From Candidatus Latescibacterota bacterium (GTDB lineage Bacteria > Latescibacterota > CBDEFO01): a DNA stretch of 64,000 nucleotides. The stretch spans positions 1,568,001 through 1,632,000 of the forward strand of contig CBDEFO010000008.1 in NCBI GenBank assembly GCA_965237525.1. The letters run 5' to 3'. The notes beneath the pieces are model-generated. The model was not told the DNA's origin, did no database searches, and saw only the letters and a program-made list of their open reading frames with translations. Positions 19,774 to 30,214 of the stretch are shown here, piece after piece. The position numbers and the translations under genes were made by a program. Position 1 is the stretch's first letter. Every line of letters starts with the position of its first letter.

Positions 19774-20541
19774 GTGGAACTCGGTCTCAGAGACAAAATT
19801 GCCCTTGTCACAGGCTCCAGTCGAGGCATCGGCCGCGCCATTGCCAATTCTCTGGCCTTTGAGGGTGTGCACATAGCTATGGTCGCACGTAGCGCCGACG
19901 CCCTTGAAGAAACACGCGCCGAAGTAGCCAGCACTTACGGCGTAGAGGCACTTGCCATACCCGCAGATCTGACTGACCCAGGCAGCGCTGATAGAATCGC
20001 CGGTGCTATCAAGGACAGATTCGGGAGGCTCAATATCCTTATCAACAACGCCAACATCTTCGTTCCCACTCCCTTTGACAAACTCACCGACGATCTGTGG
20101 AAAGCCGCCATAGACACCAAACTGATGGCTGTCATCCGCCTTGTGCACGCCAGTTTACCCCTGATGGAGGGCACAGGATGGGGACGAATCATCAACATTA
20201 CGGGGGTTGCTAATGTTGAGCCAGGTGCTGAGTTTCTGCCTGTGGGTGCAGTCAATTCAGCTGTCAGCAACTATTCCAAAGGCATCTCAAAGATTCTCAT
20301 CTCCAAGGGCATCACTGTCAACTGTGTCAACCCCGGTCCTATTGAAACCAGTATATGGTCTTCGATGTTCTCCCAACCCGATGCGCGCAAAAGGTTCGAA
20401 GCGAGCCTGCCTATGAAACGCATGGGGAAACCTGAAGAGGTTGCCGCTGTGGTCACATTCCTCGCTTCTGTCCAGAGCAGTTACGTCAACGGAACCGAAA
20501 TCCGCGTCGATGGAGGTGTCACCGCCTGCGTCGGTCCCTGA
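19774..20541 (+). CDS. SDR family oxidoreductase
   Basis: TGSSRGIG, NNA and VNPGPIET; the catalytic YxxxK is atypical. Confidence 0.9.
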   Translation: MELGLRDKIALVTGSSRGIGRAIANSLAFEGVHIAMVARSADALEETRAEVASTYGVEALAIPADLTDPGSADRIAGAIKDRFGRLNILINNANIFVPTPFDKLTDDLWKAAIDTKLMAVIRLVHASLPLMEGTGWGRIINITGVANVEPGAEFLPVGAVNSAVSNYSKGISKILISKGITVNCVNPGPIETSIWSSMFSQPDARKRFEASLPMKRMGKPEEVAAVVTFLASVQSSYVNGTEIRVDGGVTACVGP

Positions 20542-20599
20542 GCATCGCAATAGCAAACCGTGAAACTCCACTCTAATAATACAGGGTGTTTGAAATTCG

Positions 20600-20779
20600 A
20601 TGATAATGGTAGCAAAGATACTCCAAATCCTGGGCATATTTGAAGTCGGATTCGCCGTTATAGAGGGGATACGCGAGGAACTTACGATGTGGCAGGAATT
20701 AATCCTCTCCCTTATAGGTTTAGCGATCTTTACAGTTGGATGGGTTCTGGAGAAAAAATTTGTAAAGAGACTGAAATAG
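20600..20779 (+). CDS. Small two-helix membrane protein (59 aa, not in the ORF track)
   Basis: MIMVAKILQILGIFEVGFAVIEGIREELTMWQELILSLIGLAIFTVGWVLEKKFVKRLK; fills the gap in a co-oriented run. Confidence 0.6.
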   Translation: MIMVAKILQILGIFEVGFAVIEGIREELTMWQELILSLIGLAIFTVGWVLEKKFVKRLK

Positions 20780-20835
20780 AAAGACGCAAGGATTCAAGAA
20801 CATTGGATATAAGAGTATAGAGACGGAGGAACCTA

Positions 20836-21873
20836 ATAGGATACATCGAGTACAAAGGAGCTATACACATTCATTCTGTCTATTCTGACGGGAGCGGGAC
20901 CGTGGAGGAGATTATGTGTGCGGCTCAGAATGCAGATTTGGATTTTATCGTATTGACCGATCATAACACGCTCAAAGCCAGAAAGGAGGGATACGAAGGC
21001 TGGCACGACGACCTGCTTGTGTTGGTCGGAGAAGAGGTTTCTCATCGCAAACAACACTGTCTGGCTGTGGGAGTAAACGGAGAGATAGATTGGAAGACTT
21101 GCCCTGCACAGATACTTAAAGATATACGAGAAAAAGGAGGACTCAGCTTCATAGCCCACCCTCACGGCAGATACCGCCCCTACTTCAGGAAAAAGCAGTA
21201 CCACTGGGAAAGCTGGCAGCCCGATTCATTCACCGGAATAGAGCTCTGGTCGTATATGTTCGACTGGGTGTCAGACTTTAGATTCTATAAATGGAGAGAT
21301 TTTATCGAGGACCCTTCCTCCAAGATAAGCGGTCCCTATCCAGAAACAATAGCTTTGTGGGATAGGCTCTGCCAAAACTCAAAAGTTGTCGCCATCGGAG
21401 GACTCGACATCCACGCTAGGAGGACGATACTCAGTAGAAAAGTGGTCGTTTTCCCCTACGAATGGGCGTTCGGAACGCTGCGGACCCGCGTCCTTGTCCC
21501 TGAAAGGTTCTCCGGAGATTCTCAAAAAGACGTTCAGCTCGTCTTAAACGCGCTCGCGGACGGACACTGCTTCATAGCCTACGACTTGCTGAGCCCTGCG
21601 GAAGGCTCTATATTGCGCATCGCCGACGGTTCAGCTATCATGGGAGATGAGGTGGAGTGGAACCCAGAGCTGGAGTTAGATGTCGTCCTGCCGCGCCCTT
21701 GTGGGATAACTATTTTTAGGGACGGAAGAAGGATCCAGAAAACTGAAGATGACAACTTTATCATGAGCGCTGACTCGCCCGGGGTCTATCGGGCCGAAGC
21801 GACACTGGATGGGAAGCCCTGGATATACTTCAACCCTATATATCTGAGAAGGCCGAAAGGGATCAAGGAATAG
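20836..21873 (+). CDS. PHP-domain (CehA/McbA-like) metallohydrolase
   Basis: GAIHIHSVYSDG lies upstream of the ORF-track start; TDHN, AHP and GGLDIH follow. Apparent start is ATA at 20836 after GGAGG. Confidence 0.85.
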   Translation: MGYIEYKGAIHIHSVYSDGSGTVEEIMCAAQNADLDFIVLTDHNTLKARKEGYEGWHDDLLVLVGEEVSHRKQHCLAVGVNGEIDWKTCPAQILKDIREKGGLSFIAHPHGRYRPYFRKKQYHWESWQPDSFTGIELWSYMFDWVSDFRFYKWRDFIEDPSSKISGPYPETIALWDRLCQNSKVVAIGGLDIHARRTILSRKVVVFPYEWAFGTLRTRVLVPERFSGDSQKDVQLVLNALADGHCFIAYDLLSPAEGSILRIADGSAIMGDEVEWNPELELDVVLPRPCGITIFRDGRRIQKTEDDNFIMSADSPGVYRAEATLDGKPWIYFNPIYLRRPKGIKE

Positions 21874-22063
21874 AATTTTCTTTTAGCGATTGGATTCAGA
21901 GTTTTTAACGAGCTTCACCAAGAAGTACAAGCATCCAGTCAATATAAAGATTATTGCCTTTGAAGTTGTGAACTTCTCCTACACTTCATTTGAAAAAGAG
22001 GCCTATGGCTCAAAATGATAGGGTAGTCAGAAGAGTTAGGCCCATGTCCATGCAGTTAAGAAT

Positions 22064-22792
22064 ATGATGACTAAAATCGTTGTGATAGCCGATGTTCATG
22101 CCAATCTTCCTGCCTTAGAAGCGGCGCTAAGAGATATTCGTGGCCGAGGATATGATGTTCTTTATCATCTTGGTGAGGTGATAGGCATTGGGCCTTATCC
22201 TTCAGAATGTCTTGATCTGTTGTTGAACATCCCGAACGCTAGTTTTATCATGGGTAATCATGATAAATGGTTCATTGAAGGTTTACCCCAGCCCCGGCCT
22301 GCATGGATGAGCGATGGCGAAGTGGAACATCAACGCTGGACGCACGCTTCTATCGATCCACAGTTAAAGAATGTAGTTGCTCAGTGGCCTTATGTCATAC
22401 AAGATCGGTTGGAAGGTGTCAACACTACCTTTCTTCACTATGGGCTAAATGCATCAGGTAAGGGCTTTTCTTCAATCGTTGACGAACCAACGTCCTCGGA
22501 TTTAGACCGCATATTTGAGGAATATGATTCGCGGCTCATCTTCTATGGGCATATCCATCGTGTGATAGACATTCAAGGTCGGAAGCGTTATTTCAATCCA
22601 GGTTCTTTGGGCTGTTACGAACAAGCTTCAGCTCGTTATGTGGCGGTCGATTTCCAGGAGGGTCAATTTGCTCTTGAGCGTCGGAGCGTGACCTACGACA
22701 TCATGCCCCTCCACAAAGCGTTTGAGCAGCGGAGAGTGCCAGAACGCGACTTTATTTATCGTACATTCTTTGGTGGGCTATTGGGGGACTGA
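22064..22792 (+). CDS. Metallophosphoesterase (calcineurin-like)
   Basis: ADVHAN, GNHD, GHIH and NPGSLG. Confidence 0.9.
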   Translation: MMTKIVVIADVHANLPALEAALRDIRGRGYDVLYHLGEVIGIGPYPSECLDLLLNIPNASFIMGNHDKWFIEGLPQPRPAWMSDGEVEHQRWTHASIDPQLKNVVAQWPYVIQDRLEGVNTTFLHYGLNASGKGFSSIVDEPTSSDLDRIFEEYDSRLIFYGHIHRVIDIQGRKRYFNPGSLGCYEQASARYVAVDFQEGQFALERRSVTYDIMPLHKAFEQRRVPERDFIYRTFFGGLLGD

Positions 22793-22922
22793 TCCCAATT
22801 ATGCGGATTTAGACATTTCGAGCACATGGCCGATGTGATCGTTTTATCAGCTCGCACTGGGGCTTGTTTAAACCATTAGCAGTTGTTTCTTGTAGTGGGT
22901 AGGAGAAGCTGCCAAGTTCTAA

Positions 22923-23363
22923 TTATTGCCGTTTGTGTAGATAGTAGTCTATCGTATTTAAGGCGATGTACCACTTGTGCATCACGTTGGCAGGGCTGCA
23001 AAAGCACCCGGCGGGATTGCAGCTTTCATCGCTCTGTAGCACATCCTCTAAATTCTGACCCACAATTTTTGTGACGCTGATGTTTTTCCTCAAAAATTCT
23101 GGGCCTTTCTCCTGAAAACTGCACGTTCTTTGCATCCCGTCGTCCTCAAAATACACTTCTATATTAGCGTCCTTTATGATATAATTGTCTTTGTCCTTCT
23201 CCAGTACGATCACGATACGAGAATCTATCTCGATCCCCCCCGACGAACACGTGCTCCCCTCGTATTTGAATGCGAAGCTGACGACTCCATTTTTGGCGGG
23301 TTCTACAGATAAGTGTTCATGCGCCCATTTTTTTAGAGTCCGTTCGTTTATGTGATATCCCAT
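22923..23363 (-). CDS. Hypothetical Cys-rich protein
   Basis: AGGAG RBS; cysteine motifs GSTCS, RTCSF and CNPAGCFC. Confidence 0.7.
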   Translation of the reverse strand: MGYHINERTLKKWAHEHLSVEPAKNGVVSFAFKYEGSTCSSGGIEIDSRIVIVLEKDKDNYIIKDANIEVYFEDDGMQRTCSFQEKGPEFLRKNISVTKIVGQNLEDVLQSDESCNPAGCFCSPANVMHKWYIALNTIDYYLHKRQ

Positions 23364-23384
23364 CTTGTACCAGTCTCCTTTACA

Positions 23385-24103
23385 TCAACTCCGCGAGAAG
23401 TACTCGGATCCTAACAGTTTGTCCAAAATTTCCTTTTCGGATTTGCACCTTTGAGAGAGAATAGCTTCAAGCCTCTTGTTCTCGCGCTCTAAGATGGTCT
23501 GCTCCATCTGGAGCATGGATTCAGTGGAAACCGCTTCTAGCAACTGCTGTTTCTCCTGGGGTATTACCTGAAGCCCGGATCCCACCAGTTGAGACAGGGT
23601 CGTAGAGTCGATAGGGAACTGAAGCTCATCTGCCAGATTACCCTTAATGTCCAGCAGAAAGAATAATTGCTGTTTTAGGGGAACATCGATCACCTTCATC
23701 AGGTAAGCTATGTAATTCTTGAAAAGACCGCTGACGCTGTCGGCAAGATGCTCTGTCTTTAGGGTATCTGACGGTTCGTCCACAAGGAGTTGAACCCGTC
23801 CCACAAGATATGGTTTCTCCTGAATCATGCCTAATATTTCAAGGCGTTGGCCTCCATTCGTCAGAATGTTCATCTGCCCCTCGTTCAGCCTCTCCACGTG
23901 CACAATTTGGGCCGTGGTCCCCACGGAGTACGGAACGGCGGGTCCCCCACCTCGCTGCCGAGTTTTATGAGCGAAACTCCGAAAGTCCTGTCCCCTTCCA
24001 GGCATTTGTCTATCATAAGCTTATACCTCTCCTCAAAGATGTGCAGGGGCAATTTCATCCCCGGGAACAGGACTGTGTTTAATGGGAAAAGGGGCAGTTC
24101 CAT
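23385..24103 (-). pseudogene. Stand-alone Lon N-terminal (substrate-binding) domain protein, frameshifted in a G-run near 23946
   Basis: LPLFPLNTVLFPG..LHIFEERY..GSEVG continues in another frame as GGPAVPYSVGTTA..KQQLLE. Confidence 0.82.
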
Positions 24104-24202
24104 TTCTACTCAGTTCCTTATCGACGCTTAATTCAATTTAATATTTTGAAGAGACTCTGCTGCACGAAAGAACTGAAGGTGCATAATCACAGAAAATGAA
24201 AT

Positions 24203-24829
24203 TTAGCGAATCTTCTCCAAGACAAAAACTAGCCACTTATCTTGATCTTCAACTAATTGAGGCTTTGGCGAAAGCGGCGTCCAGTGAGGGTTAAAAATAT
24301 GGCCTAGATCGCCTTTCACCTCCCACTCATCTTCAGTTTCTTCCAGTGTTGTTAAATGATAAAAATATCTCGTCTTCTGAGTACTCAGGTTTTCACTGGG
24401 AACCCATCCTGTATAGTCATGGAGGATATACTGGATATCAGTAAAATTGTAGTATTCTGTGTATGAGATTTGCGTGAAATCTTCATGTGCAGAAATGTAC
24501 TGTACTGTAAGCCCCCTGGGCAACTTTTGCCTGTAAGGAATTGAGTTTAAGTCCGGTTCGATATAGACATAGGTATTCCTGGCTACTACTCTTTCGGCTT
24601 CCTCCAGTTCATTTTCAAGACATCCTAGGTATTCCTGGGTTTCTACGCTCTTTAGACCAGTTTCTTCGCAGACCTCTCTCCTCAGGGCAACTTCAAGATC
24701 TTCGCCTTCTGCAACCGTTCCTGCCGGGATCTGGATACCTGCGGTGGGATGTTTAAATACGAGTAGCTCTTTTACTCCATCTCTTTTCCGTATTATAAAT
24801 GCGGTAACCTTGCGGACTGCCTCATCCAT
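24203..24829 (-). CDS. NUDIX hydrolase
   Basis: Nudix box GTVAEGEDLEVALRREVCEETGL. Confidence 0.9.
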   Translation of the reverse strand: MDEAVRKVTAFIIRKRDGVKELLVFKHPTAGIQIPAGTVAEGEDLEVALRREVCEETGLKSVETQEYLGCLENELEEAERVVARNTYVYIEPDLNSIPYRQKLPRGLTVQYISAHEDFTQISYTEYYNFTDIQYILHDYTGWVPSENLSTQKTRYFYHLTTLEETEDEWEVKGDLGHIFNPHWTPLSPKPQLVEDQDKWLVFVLEKIR

Positions 24830-25057
24830 TCGTATTTCCCCTCAACTTTGTTGTTAAGGGGATAATAACCAGAATCCCGTCTTCGCAATAGTAAGTATCT
24901 CCATTTAATATACCAAATCAGGGGTGTAGAAAGCAATCCTTTCTTTCTACTTTGAGTCTCTTTCGTTTGGATAGACGCAGGATATTTGTTATATTTACGT
25001 AGTTTTTTCGCTGTAGGAAGAACTGTCATGTTCTCGTCTGCAACCGGAGACATACAA

Positions 25058-26455
25058 TTGCCGAGACATCGTCCCTGTTTGAATATACCAGATTTCAAGG
25101 GAAAAAGTGCCACCGTTATGGGGTTAGGATTATTTGGGGGAGGTTTAGGGGTGGTTAAATACCTTGTGGGAAAGGGAGCTAAGGTCACGGTAACCGACTT
25201 GAAGGACGAAAGTCAGTTAAAGGAGTCGGTAGATGCCCTGAAGGGACTGCCTATCAAGTGGAAATTAGGGGGACATGAGGAGGAAGATTTCAAAGGTGTA
25301 GACTTTGTAATATTCAATCCCGCCGTCCCAAAGGACTCTGAGTACGTCAAGATCGCCCAAAAAAGCGGCGCATTTTTAGAGACTGAGATGAACCTCTTTT
25401 TCAAAGGGTGTAAAGGTCGCATAATCGGTGTGACGGGGACAAGCGGCAAGACGACCACGACAAGTATGATAGGGAAGATTCTAAAAGAGTGGGACCCAGG
25501 CACATCGGTAGGAGGAAATATCGGAGAGAGCCTCCTTGAACAGATGGAAAGTATAGGCAGGAATACGCCTGTTGTGCTTGAACTTTCCAGCTTTCAGTTG
25601 GAAAGACTTAGAGCAATAGCCTTGAGTCCTCAGCTATCCGTGGTCACCAATATATCTACGAATCACATAGATTGGCACAGAAGTATGGAGGCATATATTG
25701 AGGCGAAAAGATCAATAGTGCTAAATCAAAATGAGGGTGACGTCGCCCTTTTAAATTATGACGACGATACTTTAAGAAAGTGGGAAGATTGCTGCCCTGG
25801 AGACGTTCTGTTCTTCAGCGTGGAAAGTGCCCTTGGAAGGGGTGTGTACGTCAAAGATAACTTTATAAGGGCAAGGATAGATAGAGAAGAACTTGAAATA
25901 TGCAGGTATGATGAATTGAAGATCCCGGGAGTTCATAATCTGCAAAACGCGCTGGCCGCTGTCGGGGTGGCTCTGTCTTTTGGCGTGGATGTCGAGACTG
26001 TTGCTCGCGTCCTCGGGGAATTTGAAGGAGTTGAACATCGCCTGGAATTCGTAAGGACCCTAAATGACGTGGAGTACTACAACGACTCTATAGCCACCAC
26101 ACCAGAGCGGACAGTCACCGCGTTGAAGTCAATCCAGCGGCCTGTCCTTCTCATAGCCGGGGGATACGACAAGGGAATCCCGTTTGAAGGATTGGCGAAG
26201 GTTATCTCAAAGAGGGTAAAGGTCTTATTATTAATAGGCGATGCAGCCCAACAGATAGCCCAGAGTGTCCAAAGGGAAAATAGAGACCTTTCCCTCATCT
26301 TCTGCCAATCTCTTAAGGATGCTGTTCTTGTAGCTCAAAAACGGGCAGAAAAGGGGGACGCTGTCCTGCTTTCTCCTGCGTGTGCAAGTTACGATATGTT
26401 CAGAAACTTTCAGGATAGAGGAAATATCTTTAAGGAGATTGTAAAGGGCCTTTAG
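25058..26455 (+). CDS. murD: UDP-N-acetylmuramoyl-L-alanine:D-glutamate ligase
   Basis: GTSGKTTT, GGNIG, ELSSFQL, HRLE, YNDS, LIAGG and LSPACASYD; exact start uncertain. Confidence 0.95.
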   Translation: MPRHRPCLNIPDFKGKSATVMGLGLFGGGLGVVKYLVGKGAKVTVTDLKDESQLKESVDALKGLPIKWKLGGHEEEDFKGVDFVIFNPAVPKDSEYVKIAQKSGAFLETEMNLFFKGCKGRIIGVTGTSGKTTTTSMIGKILKEWDPGTSVGGNIGESLLEQMESIGRNTPVVLELSSFQLERLRAIALSPQLSVVTNISTNHIDWHRSMEAYIEAKRSIVLNQNEGDVALLNYDDDTLRKWEDCCPGDVLFFSVESALGRGVYVKDNFIRARIDREELEICRYDELKIPGVHNLQNALAAVGVALSFGVDVETVARVLGEFEGVEHRLEFVRTLNDVEYYNDSIATTPERTVTALKSIQRPVLLIAGGYDKGIPFEGLAKVISKRVKVLLLIGDAAQQIAQSVQRENRDLSLIFCQSLKDAVLVAQKRAEKGDAVLLSPACASYDMFRNFQDRGNIFKEIVKGL

Positions 26456-26582
26456 GCTCGTAATTGCGCTGAAATAATTCTTGACATTTTTGTATAAAAT
26501 TTGTATTAGTACTATTGTTGAGATTGTTGATTATCTCCATCAACAATACTGAGGTGCAGGGAATTGACACGGGAAAAAGTGC

Positions 26583-26611
26583 TTGACAGTATCAGGCATT
26601 CCTCTTATATT
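26583..26611 (+). promoter_or_regulatory. Sigma70-like promoter upstream of the SAM riboswitch
   Basis: TTGACA-17 nt-TATATT. Confidence 0.7.
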
Positions 26612-26624
26612 CAATTTAGTTAGA

Positions 26625-26745
26625 TTCTCATCCAGAAAGGCTGAGGGACTGGCCCATGGAAGCCTTGGCAACCCCCGCAAGGAGAGCTTTAAGCTTGCCC
26701 TGTGAGAAGGTGCCAATTCCTACCCTTTGTAGGGAAAGATGAGAA
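26625..26745 (+). ncRNA. SAM-I (S-box) riboswitch aptamer
   Basis: TTCTCATCCAGA..GAGGGACTGGCCC..GGCAACC..GGTGCCAATTCC..GGAAAGATGAGAA matches the SAM-I consensus; P1 is TTCTCATC/GATGAGAA. Confidence 0.95.
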
Positions 26746-26778
26746 AGGGATATAATTTGAATATAGTCTGCCCGGTAG

Positions 26779-26807
26779 AGCCCCTTCTCATCTTGAAGGG
26801 GTTTTTT
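26779..26807 (+). terminator. Riboswitch expression-platform terminator
   Basis: AGCCCCTTC-loop-GAAGGGGTTTTTT; its TTCTCATCTT can alternatively pair with the P1 3' strand AAGATGAGAA (antiterminator). Confidence 0.88.
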
Positions 26808-26871
26808 GATGTCTCTGGATAGTGTCGAACTGTAAGCTCCATTCGGGTAGATAGATAGGAGAAGCACCAAG

Positions 26872-28110
26872 ATGAGCTGCGTCAAGGGATTGAGGTGCAG
26901 GGAGTGCAACAAAGAATATCCGACAGAGCCTCTGCATGTATGTGAGTTATGCTTTGGGCCTTTAGAGGTCGATTACGACTATGAGAAAGTTAAGGAGAGC
27001 ATGACCAGAGGGGCTATCGCGCAGAGGCCCAGAAATCTGTGGCGCTATCGGGAACTGCTTCCGGTAGAGGGTGAGACGACGTTGGGGCTCCATTCGGGAT
27101 TTACACCCTTTTTGAAGGCAGACCTCCTGGCTCGGGAATTGGGCGTCGAGGAGCTATACATCAAGGACGATTCTGTGAGCCATCCGACGTTCTCATACAA
27201 AGACAGGGTTGTCTCGGTAGCCATCTCCAAAGCCATCGAATTCGGATTCGACACCGTCTCCTGCGCCTCCACCGGAAACCTTGCAAACGCTGTTTCAGCT
27301 CATTCTGCAAGAGCAGGGCTCAAAAGATACATATTTATCCCCGCGGACCTGGAACAAGGAAAGGTCCTGGGCTCTTTGATATACGAGCCCAACCTTATAG
27401 CTGTGAAAGGTAACTATGACGAAGTGAACCGTCTCTGCAGCGAGATAGCAGATAAATATGGCTGGGCATTTGTCAATATAAATATGAGACCCTACTACAC
27501 AGAAGGCGCCAAGACTTACGGCTTTGAGATAGCCGAACAGTTCGGTTGGAAACTACCTAAACATATCGTTATCCCGACTGCTGGAGGAACCATCCTACCC
27601 AAGGTTATGAAGGGTTTCGGTGAACTGTGTAAGCTGGGTCTTGTTGAAGATGTCGGAACGAAGGTCTATTCGGCTCAGGCGGACGGATGTTGCCCGGTGG
27701 TCACAGCGATCAAGAAGGGAACAGACTTAATCGAGCCTGTCAAACCTCATACTATCGCCAAATCGATCGCCATAGGAAATCCAGCAGACGGTTTCTATGT
27801 TCTCAAAGCCGTAAGAGATAGCAGAGGATGGGCAGAATCGGCTACCGACGACGAGATCGTCGAAGGTATCAAGCTCTTAGCCAGAACGGAAGGCATATTC
27901 ACCGAACCTGCGGGGGGAACGACGGTCTATGCGACCAAGAAGTTGATAGATCAGGGGATAATCCCCAAAGATGAGTCTATTGTAATTGCTATCACCGGAA
28001 ACGGTCTCAAGACTCAAGAAGTCGTAATGGATAAGATAGGCAGCGCCAAGATTATAGAGCCGACTCTGGACGAATTTGACAAGTTAGTAGACAATAATTA
28101 CGAAGTGTAA
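26872..28110 (+). CDS. Threonine-synthase-like PLP enzyme (probably a sulfur-carrier-dependent sulfhydrylase rather than ThrC)
   Basis: N-terminal CxxC..CxxC, PTFSYKDR, ASTGNLA, EGAKT and TGNGLK; first gene after the SAM-I riboswitch. Confidence 0.85.
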   Translation: MSCVKGLRCRECNKEYPTEPLHVCELCFGPLEVDYDYEKVKESMTRGAIAQRPRNLWRYRELLPVEGETTLGLHSGFTPFLKADLLARELGVEELYIKDDSVSHPTFSYKDRVVSVAISKAIEFGFDTVSCASTGNLANAVSAHSARAGLKRYIFIPADLEQGKVLGSLIYEPNLIAVKGNYDEVNRLCSEIADKYGWAFVNINMRPYYTEGAKTYGFEIAEQFGWKLPKHIVIPTAGGTILPKVMKGFGELCKLGLVEDVGTKVYSAQADGCCPVVTAIKKGTDLIEPVKPHTIAKSIAIGNPADGFYVLKAVRDSRGWAESATDDEIVEGIKLLARTEGIFTEPAGGTTVYATKKLIDQGIIPKDESIVIAITGNGLKTQEVVMDKIGSAKIIEPTLDEFDKLVDNNYEV

Positions 28111-28121
28111 TACAAATTAGA

Positions 28122-29075
28122 TTGAACAGATTAGAGACAATAGGTGGCGATATACTGTCCCAGATCGGCAAAACTCCGCTCCTCAGGATAAGGAAGCTAT
28201 ATGATGGTTCGGACAGTTTGAAAAAAGGCGTCCGGGTCTATGCCAAGCTTGAGATGTTCAACCCGGGCGGCTCTGTGAAAGATCGTCCCGCGTTAAGGAT
28301 GATCGAGGACGGCGAAAAATCCGGCGAACTTACCAAAGATAAGACTATCATAGATTCCACATCCGGAAACACGGGTATCGCCTACGCTGTTATCGGCGCC
28401 GTCAAGGGCTACCGTGTGAAACTGGTAATTCCGCAAAGCGTCTCCAGGGAGAGGAAGCTTACGCTCGAAACGTTCGGCGCAGAGATGGTCTTCACCGATG
28501 CGATGGAGGGCTCGGACGGAGCTCAAATCGAATGTCAAAGGATCTATGAGCAGAATAAAGATCTATACTTCAAGCCCGATCAATATAACAATGATTCCAA
28601 CTGGAAGGCACACTACGACACAACCGGGCCTGAAATATGGGAACAGACTAAAGGTGAGGTAACTCACTTTATTACCACGATAGGGACAAGTGGAACGCTT
28701 GTTGGGACAGGAAGAAGGTTAAAGAAATATAATAAAGATATAAAGGTGATAGCTGTCGAGCCGGAGGCGTTTCACGGAATCGAGGGCTTGAAGAATATGG
28801 ATACTAACATTGTTCCGGGCATCTACGATGAGAGCATCTTTGATGAAAAGATCCAGATCAAAACCGAAGATGCATATGAGATGACCAGGAAGCTTGCAAG
28901 GATCGAGGGTGTAATGGTAGGTCAATCCTCAGGAGCCGCCTTGAAGGTCGCTTTAGACGTGGCGAGCAGGATAAATGAAGGTGTCATCGTCACAGTCTTT
29001 CCAGACGGAGGCGATAAGTACCTGAGCACGAAGGTATGGGACTTTGTGAAGAATAATGCCGGTCAGAATAGATAA
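28122..29075 (+). CDS. PLP-dependent cysteine synthase (CysM-like)
   Basis: NPGGSVKDR, STSGNTG, GTSGT and PDGGDKYLS. Confidence 0.9.
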   Translation: MNRLETIGGDILSQIGKTPLLRIRKLYDGSDSLKKGVRVYAKLEMFNPGGSVKDRPALRMIEDGEKSGELTKDKTIIDSTSGNTGIAYAVIGAVKGYRVKLVIPQSVSRERKLTLETFGAEMVFTDAMEGSDGAQIECQRIYEQNKDLYFKPDQYNNDSNWKAHYDTTGPEIWEQTKGEVTHFITTIGTSGTLVGTGRRLKKYNKDIKVIAVEPEAFHGIEGLKNMDTNIVPGIYDESIFDEKIQIKTEDAYEMTRKLARIEGVMVGQSSGAALKVALDVASRINEGVIVTVFPDGGDKYLSTKVWDFVKNNAGQNR

Positions 29076-29514
29076 GGAAAATCAAGCAAAGATGTTCCAG
29101 CACTCTATAGAAGAATATCCCTACGAGTGCTGTGGCATAATAACCGGATCATCAGATCTTCATGTCCACCGATGTACAAATATCCAGAATAGACTGCACG
29201 AAGAAGACCCTATTAAGCACCCAAGAGACTCAAGGATAGCATACTTCATAGATCCCGAAGAGCAGTACAAGATCATTACCGAGGCTGAAGAAAAGGGTCA
29301 AGAGATCAAAGGTTTCTATCATTCTCACCCCGATGGGGGAGCTTATTTTTCCCAGGAAGACACCCAAAGGGCCCTGTTCTTCGACGAGCCTGCATACGGA
29401 GGAGCGTTCTATATTGTAATATCTGTAACGGAGGGAAAAGTACAGGATGCAAAGTGCTTTGCGTGGAACGAAAAAGAGAGAACCTTTGAGGAGGTGGGTC
29501 TGGAGGCCGTGTGA
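29056..29514 (+). CDS. JAB/Mov34 metallopeptidase (Mec+-like)
   Basis: YPYECCG and the JAMM motif FYHSHPD..FSQED. Confidence 0.9.
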   Translation: MPVRIDKENQAKMFQHSIEEYPYECCGIITGSSDLHVHRCTNIQNRLHEEDPIKHPRDSRIAYFIDPEEQYKIITEAEEKGQEIKGFYHSHPDGGAYFSQEDTQRALFFDEPAYGGAFYIVISVTEGKVQDAKCFAWNEKERTFEEVGLEAV

Positions 29515-29574
29515 ATAGTGCAGTGTGTGCCGTTTTGCCTTTCGGGAATCCAAGCATGTCTAACATAAGGAGGG

Positions 29575-29880
29575 TTGAAAATGAGCATTACAGTCAGGGT
29601 ACCTACTCCCTTGAGGAGATTGACAGATAATCAGCCTAGCGTCGAGGTAAACGCTTCGACCGTGATTGAGGCTATTGACCATTTAGAGTCACAATTTGAG
29701 GGTATAAAGGAAAGACTCGTAGACGAGAGCGGGGAGATAAGACGCTTTGTCAACGTCTATGTCAACGATGAGGACATAAGGTTCTTGGACGGGAAGGATA
29801 CCATCCTAAACTCCGGAGACAGCATCTCTATAGTCCCGGCGATCGCCGGAGGAACGTCGGCTGCAAGAGCCAAAAACTAA
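29575..29880 (+). CDS. MoaD/ThiS/CysO-family sulfur carrier with a C-terminal extension
   Basis: VRVPTPLR..RRFVNVYVNDEDIRFL..IVPAIAGG followed by TSAARAKN. Confidence 0.92.
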   Translation: MKMSITVRVPTPLRRLTDNQPSVEVNASTVIEAIDHLESQFEGIKERLVDESGEIRRFVNVYVNDEDIRFLDGKDTILNSGDSISIVPAIAGGTSAARAKN

Positions 29881-29956
29881 ACCACAGGGGCAAAAGGAAG
29901 TATACCGCAGATCCCGAAGTGGCCAGGGAGACCTCCGTTTCTGTGGTCAAAAGGAG

Positions 29957-30214
29957 ATGATGAAGATGTCGGAGGAGATAAACCGAAGGTTCTATCTCAC
30001 CTTCTCAAGTGAACTGATAAAAAAGCCGATAATACATGAGATCGGTCACAAATTCAAGATTGTGACGAACATAAGGACAGCCAGTGTCTCAGATGAATTG
30101 GGGCTTGTCGCTCTGGAGATGATAGGGGAACACGATGAGATCGAAAAAGCGGCGTCTTACCTCAAAAAGCTCGGGGTGATTGTAGAACCTATAGAAAAGA
30201 GTGTGGTCGAATGA
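29957..30214 (+). CDS. NIL-domain protein
   Basis: KPIIHEIG..VTNIRTASV..GLVALE..GVIVEPIE. Confidence 0.8.
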   Translation: MMKMSEEINRRFYLTFSSELIKKPIIHEIGHKFKIVTNIRTASVSDELGLVALEMIGEHDEIEKAASYLKKLGVIVEPIEKSVVE

